Numbered from the stretch's first letter, positions 9,376 to 19,788 are shown. The stretch: DNA of 64,000 bases from Methanobacteriota archaeon (GCA_020697715.1 JAEHCO010000004.1:64001-128000); one strand, 5' to 3'. The notes: a model not told the origin generated them from the letters alone. Translations and numbers: made by a program.

Positions 9376-10140
9376 ATGGCTGATAAGATCAAATTGAATG
9401 TGGAACTTAAGTTGATCATGGGATTTTTGTTCTTTTTCATAATATCGGGAATGGTTCCAGGTATAGTATCGGTTTTTATCAGCTTATTCGACATTGACAT
9501 TGAAACTGCCAATCTCATGGTCCTGATTATTACATTCTCAGTCTCTGTTATCTTGTGCGTTATTATTGGTCTGTATCTCATAAAATGGATAGCCGAGCCT
9601 ATCAAGAAGCTTATCACGGCCATGGAAAAGATGTTGGAAGGTGACATGACCGTAGATCCTATCGTGACAACTGGTGATGAGATCGAGGCTTTCTCCATAT
9701 CTCTTTTAAGAATGAAATCCAGTTTGATGATAGCCACCCAGATGCTTGGACCTTATGAGGTCGAGGAGCAGGAGATCCCAGAAGTGAAGGGATTTTCCGT
9801 AGGGGAGAAGATGATATTCAGCCTCATCCTGTTCCTTGTATTGAACCCGATCATCACCATTATCCCCGTAATACTTTCACTGGATCTCCTTTTGGGAGCA
9901 TCTATTGCTTCATTGTTATTCTCAGTGATCATGCTATTGATATTCGTCACATACCTGAACAGATCCATAATGGAGCCATTTATCGCACTGACAGAAGCTG
10001 CTGACAAGATAAGCAAGGGGGATTTTGGAACCAGTATAGAGATCAAGAGCTCCGGCGACATAGGAAGATTGGAACTGAACTTCAAGAGGATATCAGATAG
10101 AGTGGAAAGAGCCATAAAGGAGATGGAAAATGGTCAATGA
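9376..10140 (+). CDS. Membrane protein with duplicated (2TM-HAMP) modules and no output domain
   Basis: IAEPIKKLITAMEKMLEGD...GDEIEAF and IMEPFIALTEAADKISKGDF...GDIGRLELNF. Confidence 0.8.
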   Translation: MADKIKLNVELKLIMGFLFFFIISGMVPGIVSVFISLFDIDIETANLMVLIITFSVSVILCVIIGLYLIKWIAEPIKKLITAMEKMLEGDMTVDPIVTTGDEIEAFSISLLRMKSSLMIATQMLGPYEVEEQEIPEVKGFSVGEKMIFSLILFLVLNPIITIIPVILSLDLLLGASIASLLFSVIMLLIFVTYLNRSIMEPFIALTEAADKISKGDFGTSIEIKSSGDIGRLELNFKRISDRVERAIKEMENGQ

Positions 10141-10360
10141 TGCAGATATCCAGGCAATGGAGAATATAATAATCGAGCATGCAGGACCTATGGGTAAATT
10201 TGTAATAAAGAAAGCAATCGCGGATATCGGGATAGATCCCAATAGTTATGGTAGGGATTCAGCCAATAAGCTCATCAATATGGTTCTGGAAAGATCCATA
10301 TTCGACACTGCGAAATGGGATCCCCTCAGAAAACAGATACTTTCGGCCTGGACTCAGTGA
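10130..10360 (+). CDS. Small helical protein coupled to the HAMP gene
   Basis: Overlapping start with GGAG RBS; IIEHAGPMGKFVIKKAIADIGID. Confidence 0.65.
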   Translation: MVNDADIQAMENIIIEHAGPMGKFVIKKAIADIGIDPNSYGRDSANKLINMVLERSIFDTAKWDPLRKQILSAWTQ

Positions 10361-10369
10361 CCGAGATCT

Positions 10370-11698
10370 TCAAACCTTGACTTCCTTCCACTTGCCAGAC
10401 CGGAATCTCCACAATATTATAATAGATCTTACATAATATTCTACTATGAAGGCTATCCAGGCTCCCATTATTCCCAGTCCCATGTAGAATCCGAGGAGTG
10501 CCGCGAAGGGCAATCGAATTGCATAGATACCAAAGGAGGACGCATAGAGAGGCCAACGCGTGTCGCCGGCTCCTCTCAATCCTCCAGACAAAGTGAAGAA
10601 AAGGCCAATGGCGGGCATACTGAAGGCCAGAAGGCGGATCCACAGAGCCGTGTATGTCAGAGTATCCGGGTCGCTGATGAAGAGTCTGGCCATTGGATCT
10701 GCGAGGAAGAATAATACCACACCTATGGCGGTCATGACCAATGCGGAAAGCTTGGCAGATTCCACTGCTGACCTTTCGGAGGTCTTTGGTTTTTTGGCTC
10801 CCAGGTATTGGCCAACGAGAGCTGTTGCGGCCATGGAGAACCCTATGCCAGGCATGAAAGCCAATCCCTGGATCCTCATACCGATCTGATGGGCGGCAAG
10901 AGCCTCAGTTCCGAAATACACGATTATGAAAGTATATACCAAAAATCCAGTTTGGATAAGTATCTGTTCCGCGGCGGCAGGAGTGCCGACCTTCAATATA
11001 CGACGCATGATGGATCTATCAAATATCACGTGATTGCGTTCCAACTTAAGCCTAAGCTTACCCCGTGAGAGAAGGAGGATATAACATACACCTCCGATCA
11101 TGAAAGATATGACATTGCCGATAGCCGCTCCCTTGACCCCCATTTCTGGGAATCCAAGCTCACCGAATATGAGCACATATCCGAAGAATATGTTCACCAC
11201 ATTGTTCAGAATGCCAATGGCGAGCGGGGTCTTCATATCTCCCGAACCCCTGAGTGCGGCAGCCGAAAGAAATTCAATGAATTGGAAAGTAGTTCCCAGG
11301 AAGGTGATCTTAACATAAATGGAGCCGAACCCAAGAACATCTGGCTCCGAACCGAACATGGCAAGAAAATCTGTCCCGAAGAACCAGCCCAAGATGGTTA
11401 TGGGAATGGAAAGTATCAGACCAAGAAGTAGTGATTGTTTGAGGGCACGGTTTGCCATCTTGGGTTTTTTGGCTCCCGTGTATCTGGCAACTAGGGCTAT
11501 GGTTCCCGTGCTCACGGCCATCATGACCATGAAGGATATTTGAACCACCTGGCCTCCCAGACCAACGCCCGCAACAGCCGCAGGACCCAGTTTGCCCACC
11601 ATTATCATGTTCACGGTCATCATGATGGTAGCGAAAAGATTGGTCAATATTATCGGCCAGGCGAAACTGAATATCTTCTTTCTTAATTTCTTGTTCAT
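10370..11698 (-). CDS. MATE family efflux transporter
   Basis: FAWPIIL...MVGKLGPAAVAGVG, LRGSGDMKTP, LRGAGDTRWP; two-fold internal repeat. Confidence 0.95.
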   Translation of the reverse strand: MNKKLRKKIFSFAWPIILTNLFATIMMTVNMIMVGKLGPAAVAGVGLGGQVVQISFMVMMAVSTGTIALVARYTGAKKPKMANRALKQSLLLGLILSIPITILGWFFGTDFLAMFGSEPDVLGFGSIYVKITFLGTTFQFIEFLSAAALRGSGDMKTPLAIGILNNVVNIFFGYVLIFGELGFPEMGVKGAAIGNVISFMIGGVCYILLLSRGKLRLKLERNHVIFDRSIMRRILKVGTPAAAEQILIQTGFLVYTFIIVYFGTEALAAHQIGMRIQGLAFMPGIGFSMAATALVGQYLGAKKPKTSERSAVESAKLSALVMTAIGVVLFFLADPMARLFISDPDTLTYTALWIRLLAFSMPAIGLFFTLSGGLRGAGDTRWPLYASSFGIYAIRLPFAALLGFYMGLGIMGAWIAFIVEYYVRSIIILWRFRSGKWKEVKV

Positions 11699-11744
11699 AC
11701 GGGACACTTGCATGCATATGCATATATGAAAATGAGTTATATAA

Positions 11745-11768
11745 ACATTTGCATGATTGTGCAAATGT
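11745..11768. promoter_or_regulatory. Palindromic operator between the divergent MATE and regulator genes
   Basis: ACATTTGCA-N6-TGCAAATGT, perfect 9-bp arms, between two TATA-like boxes. Confidence 0.6.
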
Positions 11769-11806
11769 ACAAAGATATAAATATTCCAAGTTCTATATTA
11801 GGGGCA

Positions 11807-12382
11807 ATGGTAGATGAGATAAGAATAGTGGATGACCCCGCAACAATTAAGCTCATGATAGATGAGACAAGAAGGACCATCCTGGAGCTATTGAGGCTCA
11901 ATGATCTCACAATTGAGCAGATGGCCAGCATACTTGAGAAAGACCAGTCCACCATCTATCGTCATGTGGAAAAACTGGTGAATGCGGGCATCATCGAGCA
12001 GACCGGCGAGAAGAAGGACCATCACATTCCCAAGAAGCTGTATGGCCGGACAGCCAAGATATTCTTTATGGCCCCCAGTATCGATGCGGTCCCTGAGAAG
12101 GATGAGCTTCTGAAGATGTGGGAGAAGAGCAGCGGGACCATCGCCACCCTGCTTGAACAGATAGGCTATGAGGGAAAGGACGACCCAGAACAAAATGTAA
12201 AAGCCGCATTCCTGGATATTCAGAAAGTGGTCTCGGAAAGAATGAAAGCCCTTCCACCAGATGCAAACCTAAATTTCTATACCATCTGGAAGCTTCAAAT
12301 GGCCATCATGATCCTGGAGATGGAGAATGATCCTAAGCTCAAGAAGAAGGTCAAGAAATTCGTGGATTCTTATAAAGTTTAA
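11807..12382 (+). CDS. ArsR-type winged-helix transcription regulator
   Basis: DETRRTILELL...TIEQMASILEKDQSTIYRHVEKLVNAGII...KLYGRTA. Confidence 0.88.
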   Translation: MVDEIRIVDDPATIKLMIDETRRTILELLRLNDLTIEQMASILEKDQSTIYRHVEKLVNAGIIEQTGEKKDHHIPKKLYGRTAKIFFMAPSIDAVPEKDELLKMWEKSSGTIATLLEQIGYEGKDDPEQNVKAAFLDIQKVVSERMKALPPDANLNFYTIWKLQMAIMILEMENDPKLKKKVKKFVDSYKV

Positions 12383-12473
12383 GACCAGGTTATTTCATTA
12401 TGATCATTTTAGTATTTTTCATTTTACTATTTTGCCAAAACAATTCTATAGTTACTGATAATTGTATAAGTGC

Positions 12474-14726
12474 ATGAAACTTCAGATCCACGGCGTAGTT
12501 CAAGGCGTAGGTTTTCGTCCAGCAGTTGTAAAGCTGGCCGTCAGCATGAACCTTGAAGGCCACGTTCGGAATAATGGTTCGAACGTGGAAGTTCTGCTTT
12601 CCGGTAGCGAGGCAGAAGCAGATAAGTTCATCCAGATATTAAAGGATGAACTTCCCCCACTTGCCAGGATAGACCTTGTTGAGAAGTTGGAGGGGCAACC
12701 AGATCCATCAATATCTGGCTTTGTCATATTACCCAGCCAAAAGGGCAGCCGTTCCTCACCAATACCTCCTGACACTTCGATATGCGACCCATGCCTTTCC
12801 GAACTGCTGGATGATGCAGATAGAAGACATGGATTTCCTTTCACTAACTGTACTGATTGCGGTGCACGATTTTCAATCATCCAGGATCTGCCATATGATC
12901 GCCCATTTACCACGATGGGCGATTTTCCATTGTGCCAGTCATGTCAGAACGAGTATGATAGGATGGGCGATAGACGATTCCACGCGCAGACAATATCATG
13001 CCCGGATTGTGGGCCCAATTTTACATTACATGATGCATCTGGCCAGGCAGTCAAGGGCGGCATTGAAGGATTTGCCACCATTATCTCATCTGGCCAGTTG
13101 GGCATAATGAAGGGCTGGGGAGGCTCTCATATCGTGTGCACGTTGAAAGCTGGCATAACCCTTAGAAAATGGTATGGCAGAGAAGAAAAACCCTTTGCCA
13201 TCATGGCCAGGGATATCGGAGCCGTGGGAAGATATGCAGAGGCCAGTGAGGAAGAACTGGCCTTATTGACATCCCGCGAAAGACCCATTGTGCTGATGAG
13301 AAAGCGAGACCGCCCGGATCTAAATATTGTGTCCCCTGGGCTGGACAATATCGGCATCATGCTTCCTTATTCAGCAGTTCATCATTTATTATTCAAACAT
13401 CTTGATAAAAATATAGGCGCAGTGATAATGACATCCGCAAATCCACAAGGAGAACCTATGGCGATCACCGAGCCAGATATACTCGAGCTCGGTGCTTCCA
13501 AGTCTGCTGGTGATACGACTGCACCAGGAATAGGGAGCTATCTCCTTCATAACAGGGAGATAGCCAACCGTTGTGATGATTCGCTCATCATCCGGCATGC
13601 TGGCCACAATTATTTCATCAGAAGATCAAGAGGATTCGTACCAGTTCCTCTTGAGATAGGCCAGACGGGCAGTTTCATCGGATTGGGAGCACATGAGAAC
13701 CTTACTTCAGCCATTGGATCTGCGGGCTTCATCTACCCCAGCCAGTACATTGGAAAGTCCAGTAAATATGGAGTTCTTGATTTCTTGGAGAGCGCGACAA
13801 GGCACATGATGAATCTTCGCGGGATCTGGGAGGTCAATGGCATCGGTATCGATATGCACCCGGGCTATGGGAATCGAAAACTGGCCAAGAGAATGGCTAG
13901 CGAGTTCGATTGCGAAATAATGGAGATACAGCATCATTGGGCACATGCGGCCAGCCTGCTTGTGGATGCGGGCATTGATGAGGCTGTCGTCATGACACTG
14001 GATGGAACAGGCTATGGCGCGGATGGGAATGCATGGGGCGGGGAAATACTGGCCGCAACTCTTTCAGACTATGAAAGAGTTGGTCATCTTGCCGAATTCC
14101 CACTGCTTGGCGGAGAGGCCGCTGTGAAAGAGCCGATGAGACTGGCCTTTGCGATGGCCAGTCAATCCAATAGACCATTCCACAATGCCACCAGGGAAGA
14201 ACATGATATCTTCGGAAAGATGATGGATAATGCGCCCAGAACAACAAGCGCGGGGCGAGTTCTTGATGCCATCTCATACACGCTTGGAGTGTGCGATTCT
14301 CGAACATATGATGGCGAGCCAGCAATGAAATTAGAGAGACTTATTAATTCCAATATAAATATTAATAAAGATTTATTTAATTCATTCAATATTAAAGACA
14401 ATGTTATAGACCACATCACGCCCTTTGGAGAGATGCTTGACATCGTATCCAAGCCCACATACAGTGGCAAACGTGAGAAGCTGGCCAGTGCTTATGTTTC
14501 CAAGCTTGTGAAGGCCCTATGTGATGTGGCCGTGCAGGCTGCCGAAGATAAAGACATCAAGCGCATTGGACTGACAGGCGGTGTCAGCTACAATATTCCA
14601 ATTACTGATATGATCATGAAGGAGCTGGCCGCACAAGGATATGAACTTGTGCGCCATGATCGAGTACCCAATGGAGACGGGGGGATATCAATTGGCCAGT
14701 GTGCGATCATCGCATCTTCAATATAA
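12474..14726 (+). CDS. hypF: Carbamoyltransferase, [NiFe]-hydrogenase maturation
   Basis: GVVQGVGFRP, zinc fingers CDPC/CTDCG/CQSC/CPDCGP, QHHWAH, LDGTGYG, PNGDGGISIGQ. Confidence 0.97.
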   Translation: MKLQIHGVVQGVGFRPAVVKLAVSMNLEGHVRNNGSNVEVLLSGSEAEADKFIQILKDELPPLARIDLVEKLEGQPDPSISGFVILPSQKGSRSSPIPPDTSICDPCLSELLDDADRRHGFPFTNCTDCGARFSIIQDLPYDRPFTTMGDFPLCQSCQNEYDRMGDRRFHAQTISCPDCGPNFTLHDASGQAVKGGIEGFATIISSGQLGIMKGWGGSHIVCTLKAGITLRKWYGREEKPFAIMARDIGAVGRYAEASEEELALLTSRERPIVLMRKRDRPDLNIVSPGLDNIGIMLPYSAVHHLLFKHLDKNIGAVIMTSANPQGEPMAITEPDILELGASKSAGDTTAPGIGSYLLHNREIANRCDDSLIIRHAGHNYFIRRSRGFVPVPLEIGQTGSFIGLGAHENLTSAIGSAGFIYPSQYIGKSSKYGVLDFLESATRHMMNLRGIWEVNGIGIDMHPGYGNRKLAKRMASEFDCEIMEIQHHWAHAASLLVDAGIDEAVVMTLDGTGYGADGNAWGGEILAATLSDYERVGHLAEFPLLGGEAAVKEPMRLAFAMASQSNRPFHNATREEHDIFGKMMDNAPRTTSAGRVLDAISYTLGVCDSRTYDGEPAMKLERLINSNININKDLFNSFNIKDNVIDHITPFGEMLDIVSKPTYSGKREKLASAYVSKLVKALCDVAVQAAEDKDIKRIGLTGGVSYNIPITDMIMKELAAQGYELVRHDRVPNGDGGISIGQCAIIASSI

Positions 14727-14821
14727 CTCGTTGGAATTGTGTAATGAAAGTTGTGTTTTTTAGTGATTAGCTTTATTAGTTTGACATTTATTATCCAGAG
14801 ACATATAGTGGAAGTGTGAAA

Positions 14822-16477
14822 ATGTCAATCAAGGTCCTTATAGTCGGTGGAGTGGCCGGCGGAGCAAGTGCAGCGACAAGAGCCAGGCGGCTGAGCGAGG
14901 AAGCCGAGATAATTCTTTTCGAGAGAGGCGAGTATGTCTCTTTTGCCAATTGCGGATTACCGTATTTCATAGGTAATGAGATCAAAGATCGCAATGCCCT
15001 TATCGTCACCCAGCCAGAACTTCTGCGCGATCGCTTCAATATAGACGTCAGAACAATGGCCGAGGTCATCGATATTGACAGGGAAGCAAAGCAAGCGACC
15101 ATATTGGATCACACCACCGGCCAGGAATATGAAGAAGGATATGACAAGCTCATTCTCAGCCCAGGTGGCCAGCCTATAAAGCCGCCTTTCAAAGGGATCG
15201 ACCTCGATACGGTATTCACACTCTGGACCATTCCGGATTCGGATAAGATCAAGGCTTATATCGAAACAAAGCAACCAAGATCCGCCGTAGTAATTGGAGG
15301 CGGATTCATCGGCCTGGAGATGGCCGAGAATTTAAAAGAACTTGGCCTGGAGGTCACCATAGTCGAGATGCTGGATCAAGTTCTTCCACCACTGGACTAC
15401 GAGATGGTGTCACTTGTCCAGTTAAATCTTAAAAGACATGGCATCAAACTCCATCTTTCAGATGCTGTGGATTCATTTGAAAAGATTGATGGCCAGACCA
15501 TCGTCCGAACCAAAAGTGGAGCAGAACTAGCCACCGATATGGTGATACTTTCTATCGGTGTGAGACCGAACAATGAGCTGGCAAAAAAAGCCGGGTTGGA
15601 ATTGGGACAACGCGGTGGAGTTATCACTGACGAGACAATGATGACATCCGACCCAAATATCTACGCGGCAGGAGATGTTATCGAAGTTACGGATTATGTC
15701 AATGAACAGCCCGCCATGATACCACTGGCTGGCCCTGCCAATAAGCAAGGTCGTATCGCGGCCGACAATGTATTCGGCAAAAATTCAGTTTACAAGGGAA
15801 CACAGGGTTCTGCCATCGTGAAGGTATTTGATCAAACGGTCGCGATGACTGGCAATAGCGAAAAAACACTCCAGCGCCTTGAGATTCCTTATCTAACCGC
15901 TTACACGAACAATGGCTCACACGCCTCTTACTATCCAGGCGCACAGCACATGGATATCAAACTTCTTTTCGCTCCTGGAGATGGTAAAATACTCGGAGCC
16001 CAGATAGTGGGTATGGATGGCGCGGACAAGCGCATTGACGTGCTGGCGACCGCCATTCGGGCAAAGATGACGGTCTTCGACCTTGAGGAATTGGAGCTGG
16101 CATATGCACCTCCATTCTCTTCAGCAAAGGATCCGGTCAATATGGCGGGATTTGTTGCCAGTAATATGCTCAAGGGCGATCTGGATACCATCAACTGGAA
16201 CCAGGTGGATGATATCGATCCAGCTTCACAAGTTCTGCTGGATGTTCGTGACGGCTTCGAAGTCAATGTGCAGGGCGTGATAGCAGAAGGCATGCACATA
16301 CCACTTAACCAGCTCAGAAGTAGGTTAAATGAGCTGGACAAATCAAAGACATACATCATATATTGTGTGGTCGGCCAGCGTGGTTATATCGCATACAGGA
16401 TGCTTGTGCAAAATGGATTCAAAGCAAAGAACCTCAATGGCGGCTATAATATTTACTTCGCGGCTAAGAATGGATGA
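14822..16477 (+). CDS. CoA-disulfide/persulfide reductase with C-terminal rhodanese domain
   Basis: GGVAGGASAA, SFANCGLPY, GGGFIGLE, LAYAPPF, rhodanese LDVR...YCVVGQRG. Confidence 0.93.
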   Translation: MSIKVLIVGGVAGGASAATRARRLSEEAEIILFERGEYVSFANCGLPYFIGNEIKDRNALIVTQPELLRDRFNIDVRTMAEVIDIDREAKQATILDHTTGQEYEEGYDKLILSPGGQPIKPPFKGIDLDTVFTLWTIPDSDKIKAYIETKQPRSAVVIGGGFIGLEMAENLKELGLEVTIVEMLDQVLPPLDYEMVSLVQLNLKRHGIKLHLSDAVDSFEKIDGQTIVRTKSGAELATDMVILSIGVRPNNELAKKAGLELGQRGGVITDETMMTSDPNIYAAGDVIEVTDYVNEQPAMIPLAGPANKQGRIAADNVFGKNSVYKGTQGSAIVKVFDQTVAMTGNSEKTLQRLEIPYLTAYTNNGSHASYYPGAQHMDIKLLFAPGDGKILGAQIVGMDGADKRIDVLATAIRAKMTVFDLEELELAYAPPFSSAKDPVNMAGFVASNMLKGDLDTINWNQVDDIDPASQVLLDVRDGFEVNVQGVIAEGMHIPLNQLRSRLNELDKSKTYIIYCVVGQRGYIAYRMLVQNGFKAKNLNGGYNIYFAAKNG

Positions 16478-16495
16478 TCCATCAGTATAAGGATA

Positions 16496-16592
16496 TCAAA
16501 ACCATTGGTCAAGATCAATCTGTTAGTGTTTTAGAACCATTGGTCCAGATCAATCTACCAGTGTCTCAAAACCATTGATCCAAGCTCTGCTG
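16496..16592 (-). repeat. Three copies, 35-bp period, of the fen 3' end (PIP box + stop)
   Basis: Copies start at 16496, 16531 and 16566; the minus strand reads QIDLDQWF*, *IDLDQWF* and QQSLDQWF*. Confidence 0.85.
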
Positions 16593-17585
16593 GCTCCTCG
16601 CTTTCTTCGCAGTCCGCATCTTGCCAAGTATCGATTCGATCCTGGAGTTTGAAAAACCATAATCCTCGCACATGAACTCCATTATCTTGTCAAGGTCTGG
16701 ATCATCCCATTTCATTTCATAATCATCGGTTACTTCTGGCTCGAGGAATATCTTGCGAACCGCATCGAAGCTGGGCACATCGAACTTCTTCTGTTTGATG
16801 ACCTCCTCGCCGCTTCCGAACTCCTTCACCAGCTTCAGCCCCTTCTTTGGCCCGATGCCCTTGATACCTTCATTGAAGTCAGTCCCCATGAGAACACCGA
16901 TGTCCACCAATTGTTCCCTGGTTATCTCAAGGGCATCCAGGCTTGCCTGCAGATCGATGGTCTCTGGCTCGACCGTGACATACACCTGGCGGCGCGGCAT
17001 CTTCCGCCTTCCGCTAAGGGTGAGGTTCCTGACCAAGAGAGGAGTACCAAACAACAATGAATCAAAATCCTGGGAGCCAGCCGCGTACACATCTCCTTTC
17101 ATGGCCATGTAACTGGCCTGCGCCTCCCCCTCCTGAGGGGCCTTGAGGCATGGAACTCCCATGTATCCCAGTAGTTTGATGGCCTCGTCCACCATATCGC
17201 GCGTCAACTTGGAGGTCTGCTGTGCCTTTGTCCTGGCCTTTTCCATATCACCATCGGCCAGGGCTTCATCCCACTCGATCTTGGCTTTTTCCTTACGAGC
17301 CCGCCTCTCTGCCAGCGTGCTCTTTTTCAGATAATGCGGCTTTCCATCAAAGACGTAGATTGGTTTTATCCCCATCTCCAAAAGGTTAGCGGTCCGATAC
17401 AATGCTCCAGACAAATGAGAAGTAACACGCCCCTTCTCGTCCATGAGGGGCGTTCCATCAGGTCCCCGAATGCTTGATAAGAACTGATAGAGCACATTGT
17501 AGCCATCGAGAGCCATCGCTCTGCCCTTGAAGTCGTCCAGCTTGACCTTATTGGCCACAAGTATTCCGGAAATATCCAGGCCCAT
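16566..17585 (-). CDS. fen: Flap endonuclease 1
   Basis: DGYNVLYQFL, YVFDG, EGEAQAS, SQDFDSLLFG, GTDFNEGIKGIGPK, C-terminal PIP box. Confidence 0.98.
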   Translation of the reverse strand: MGLDISGILVANKVKLDDFKGRAMALDGYNVLYQFLSSIRGPDGTPLMDEKGRVTSHLSGALYRTANLLEMGIKPIYVFDGKPHYLKKSTLAERRARKEKAKIEWDEALADGDMEKARTKAQQTSKLTRDMVDEAIKLLGYMGVPCLKAPQEGEAQASYMAMKGDVYAAGSQDFDSLLFGTPLLVRNLTLSGRRKMPRRQVYVTVEPETIDLQASLDALEITREQLVDIGVLMGTDFNEGIKGIGPKKGLKLVKEFGSGEEVIKQKKFDVPSFDAVRKIFLEPEVTDDYEMKWDDPDLDKIMEFMCEDYGFSNSRIESILGKMRTAKKARSQQSLDQWF

Positions 17586-17700
17586 AGGGGGTGGAATGTA
17601 GTGATGAGATAAGGCTTTTCTGATGATCAACTGATATATGATAAATATTTGAGAAAAGGAAAGTTTGGATTGTAAAAGAAAGCCTAAAATGTAAAAGGAA

Positions 17701-17724
17701 AGCCTGGCATTTTTCAGCCAGGCT
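17701..17724 (-). terminator. Hairpin terminator candidate
   Basis: AGCCTGGC-N8-GCCAGGCT followed by T-rich run on the minus strand. Confidence 0.5.
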
Positions 17725-17750
17725 CATTAGTTTCAATTTCGTGTCGGATA

Positions 17751-19625
17751 TCAGTTGTTCTTGAAATACCAGACAATACCGATCCCTGCCACGGCTATGA
17801 TGGCCACCACGATCAATATCCACATGATAGGAAGGCTGTCATCTTGTGGGCCAGCGATATCCGAGTTGTAGGATGAGACACCTGTGTCCCCATCCGTATA
17901 ACCAGCTATTACGGTCACCTCACTTGTGTCAATGAAGGATGGTAGCATGAATGTTCCTGTGTATGTTCCATCACTGGCCTTCACGAGGTGTATCTGCTGT
18001 CCGCCAACCCAGCTCTGCCATACAGATTCATCTTCGCCAATATCTTCTGCATCGAGGTCGATCTCTCCTACGAAGAGCATTGCTATAACAGCATCATTGT
18101 AATCTGCTGGCATATCGACAGTCACCGTCACTTCTTCTCCAGGTATCAGATCACTGGCCTGGACATCTATGTTCTCATTGGCCATCTGGTCGGCAGCCAA
18201 TACATATGCGCTCTGCCCATCATTACGGCCATAATCCGGCCATTCTTCGTATACTCTGTTATTGTCAAGGTCATAGGGATCATTATTGGATTGAGCTCCC
18301 TGAATATCTATGACAAAAGCAGATTCAAAGTAGAAATCGAGTACACATTGAATAGAAGGTGCTGTGAGATCCAGAGTGAAAACACCATTGTCATCAGTCT
18401 CCTTCACACCCGCGTCCACTACAGTATAAGGTGCATCTACATGGTCTGGACCGACCAGACCAGAGTTCACCGCAGTTGCTGTTATGACATAGTATATCTC
18501 ACGGCTCTCAAGGGGGTAAGCATCATAGTACGCGGTATACTGGCGAGAGATGGTCTCGGACAGATCATATGTAGATTCTTCATCATCATATATCGCATCA
18601 AAACCATCCCTAGATGGTTCATCCATTTCCTCATTGTACACGGTTCCAAATATGGATTGATTGAATAATCCATGTACGACATAGCCTTCTACGTATTGAT
18701 CACCCCAAACATCAACAAGGGACAATTCTGCAATACCGTCCTCTCCGGTCATTCCGATATCATCGACCTCTCCACCACGAACAATGGCGACGGTCGCTCC
18801 TTCTACAGCCAGACCTTCAAGGTCAGCTACACCAATATCAAAGGACACTGTATTTCCAGCTACTTTGGTCTGTCTGAACCAGACATCCAATACTTTGAGA
18901 TTGATATAAGCACTAGCGTGCTGGCCAGTTTCTAATTCTACAAATAATTCATATCGACCACTCTTGTCGGTATCTGGGAGGGTGTAATCCACCTCATATA
19001 CACCAACTTCAACTCTATTGTAGTCCGTGAAATTGGTTATATCTCCATCAGGATCCTCCACATAGAGATGGTCGAAATCATTCACATCCAGAAGGGCAGT
19101 TGCATGAACTGTCGAGCTGTATACTTCGATAGTGGCTTTGACCGTATCGCCAGGGTGAGCGTTTATGGAATTCTGTCCATCAAAACTTATCTCCACACTG
19201 TCTTGATAATTCATAATATTGATACGTATGATGTCATGATCATTGTCCTCATTGTCAGTGCCTATAATGACATTGTAATAGAAGTATAGAGCATGATCAT
19301 TATCCCCAACCTCATATTCCGCACTGTATCTACCTACTGACACATAGGTAATATCCAGAACATCCGCATTGTTCATGTTATAATGTGTACTTACCGTGAT
19401 GTTCAGAGTATCATTTGCAGAAGTGTCAATATCTGTAAGGACACCCTTCTGGTATATCCAAAGATCGACCTTGACAATGTCTCCGGCGGAGTATTCTTTA
19501 TCCTCGATGGTCATAACGACCTGCAAAGAATCACTTACTCCAGAGACTACTGGCAAAATACTCACTACTAGCATCGCGATCACTGAAATAGCGATCAAAC
19601 TGTTCCATCCCTTCATGTGAATCAT
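17751..19625 (-). CDS. Acidic secreted surface protein with Ig/macroglobulin-like beta domains and C-terminal TM anchor
   Basis: Signal peptide; repeated GxYxxxYxL / DGTYTGTF strands; C-terminal hydrophobic helix. Confidence 0.75.
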   Translation of the reverse strand: MIHMKGWNSLIAISVIAMLVVSILPVVSGVSDSLQVVMTIEDKEYSAGDIVKVDLWIYQKGVLTDIDTSANDTLNITVSTHYNMNNADVLDITYVSVGRYSAEYEVGDNDHALYFYYNVIIGTDNEDNDHDIIRINIMNYQDSVEISFDGQNSINAHPGDTVKATIEVYSSTVHATALLDVNDFDHLYVEDPDGDITNFTDYNRVEVGVYEVDYTLPDTDKSGRYELFVELETGQHASAYINLKVLDVWFRQTKVAGNTVSFDIGVADLEGLAVEGATVAIVRGGEVDDIGMTGEDGIAELSLVDVWGDQYVEGYVVHGLFNQSIFGTVYNEEMDEPSRDGFDAIYDDEESTYDLSETISRQYTAYYDAYPLESREIYYVITATAVNSGLVGPDHVDAPYTVVDAGVKETDDNGVFTLDLTAPSIQCVLDFYFESAFVIDIQGAQSNNDPYDLDNNRVYEEWPDYGRNDGQSAYVLAADQMANENIDVQASDLIPGEEVTVTVDMPADYNDAVIAMLFVGEIDLDAEDIGEDESVWQSWVGGQQIHLVKASDGTYTGTFMLPSFIDTSEVTVIAGYTDGDTGVSSYNSDIAGPQDDSLPIMWILIVVAIIAVAGIGIVWYFKNN

Positions 19626-19788
19626 CCCACGCTAATATATTCTTACAGGTATATAATAGTTAGGCTATTTATTTATGCGCGGGCACAGGTGATCCAGGCA
19701 TGAGTTACACATAAAATCCGACATGTTTTTTTATCAAAATGTTAAGAAATTATGCAATATTTAACAAATATTATTAACTCCCAGCTCC

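Noticed and set aside
17671-17705. Short direct repeat TGTAAAAG(G)AAAGCCT
   Set aside because: Short, overlaps the terminator tail, no scaffold; likely local slippage
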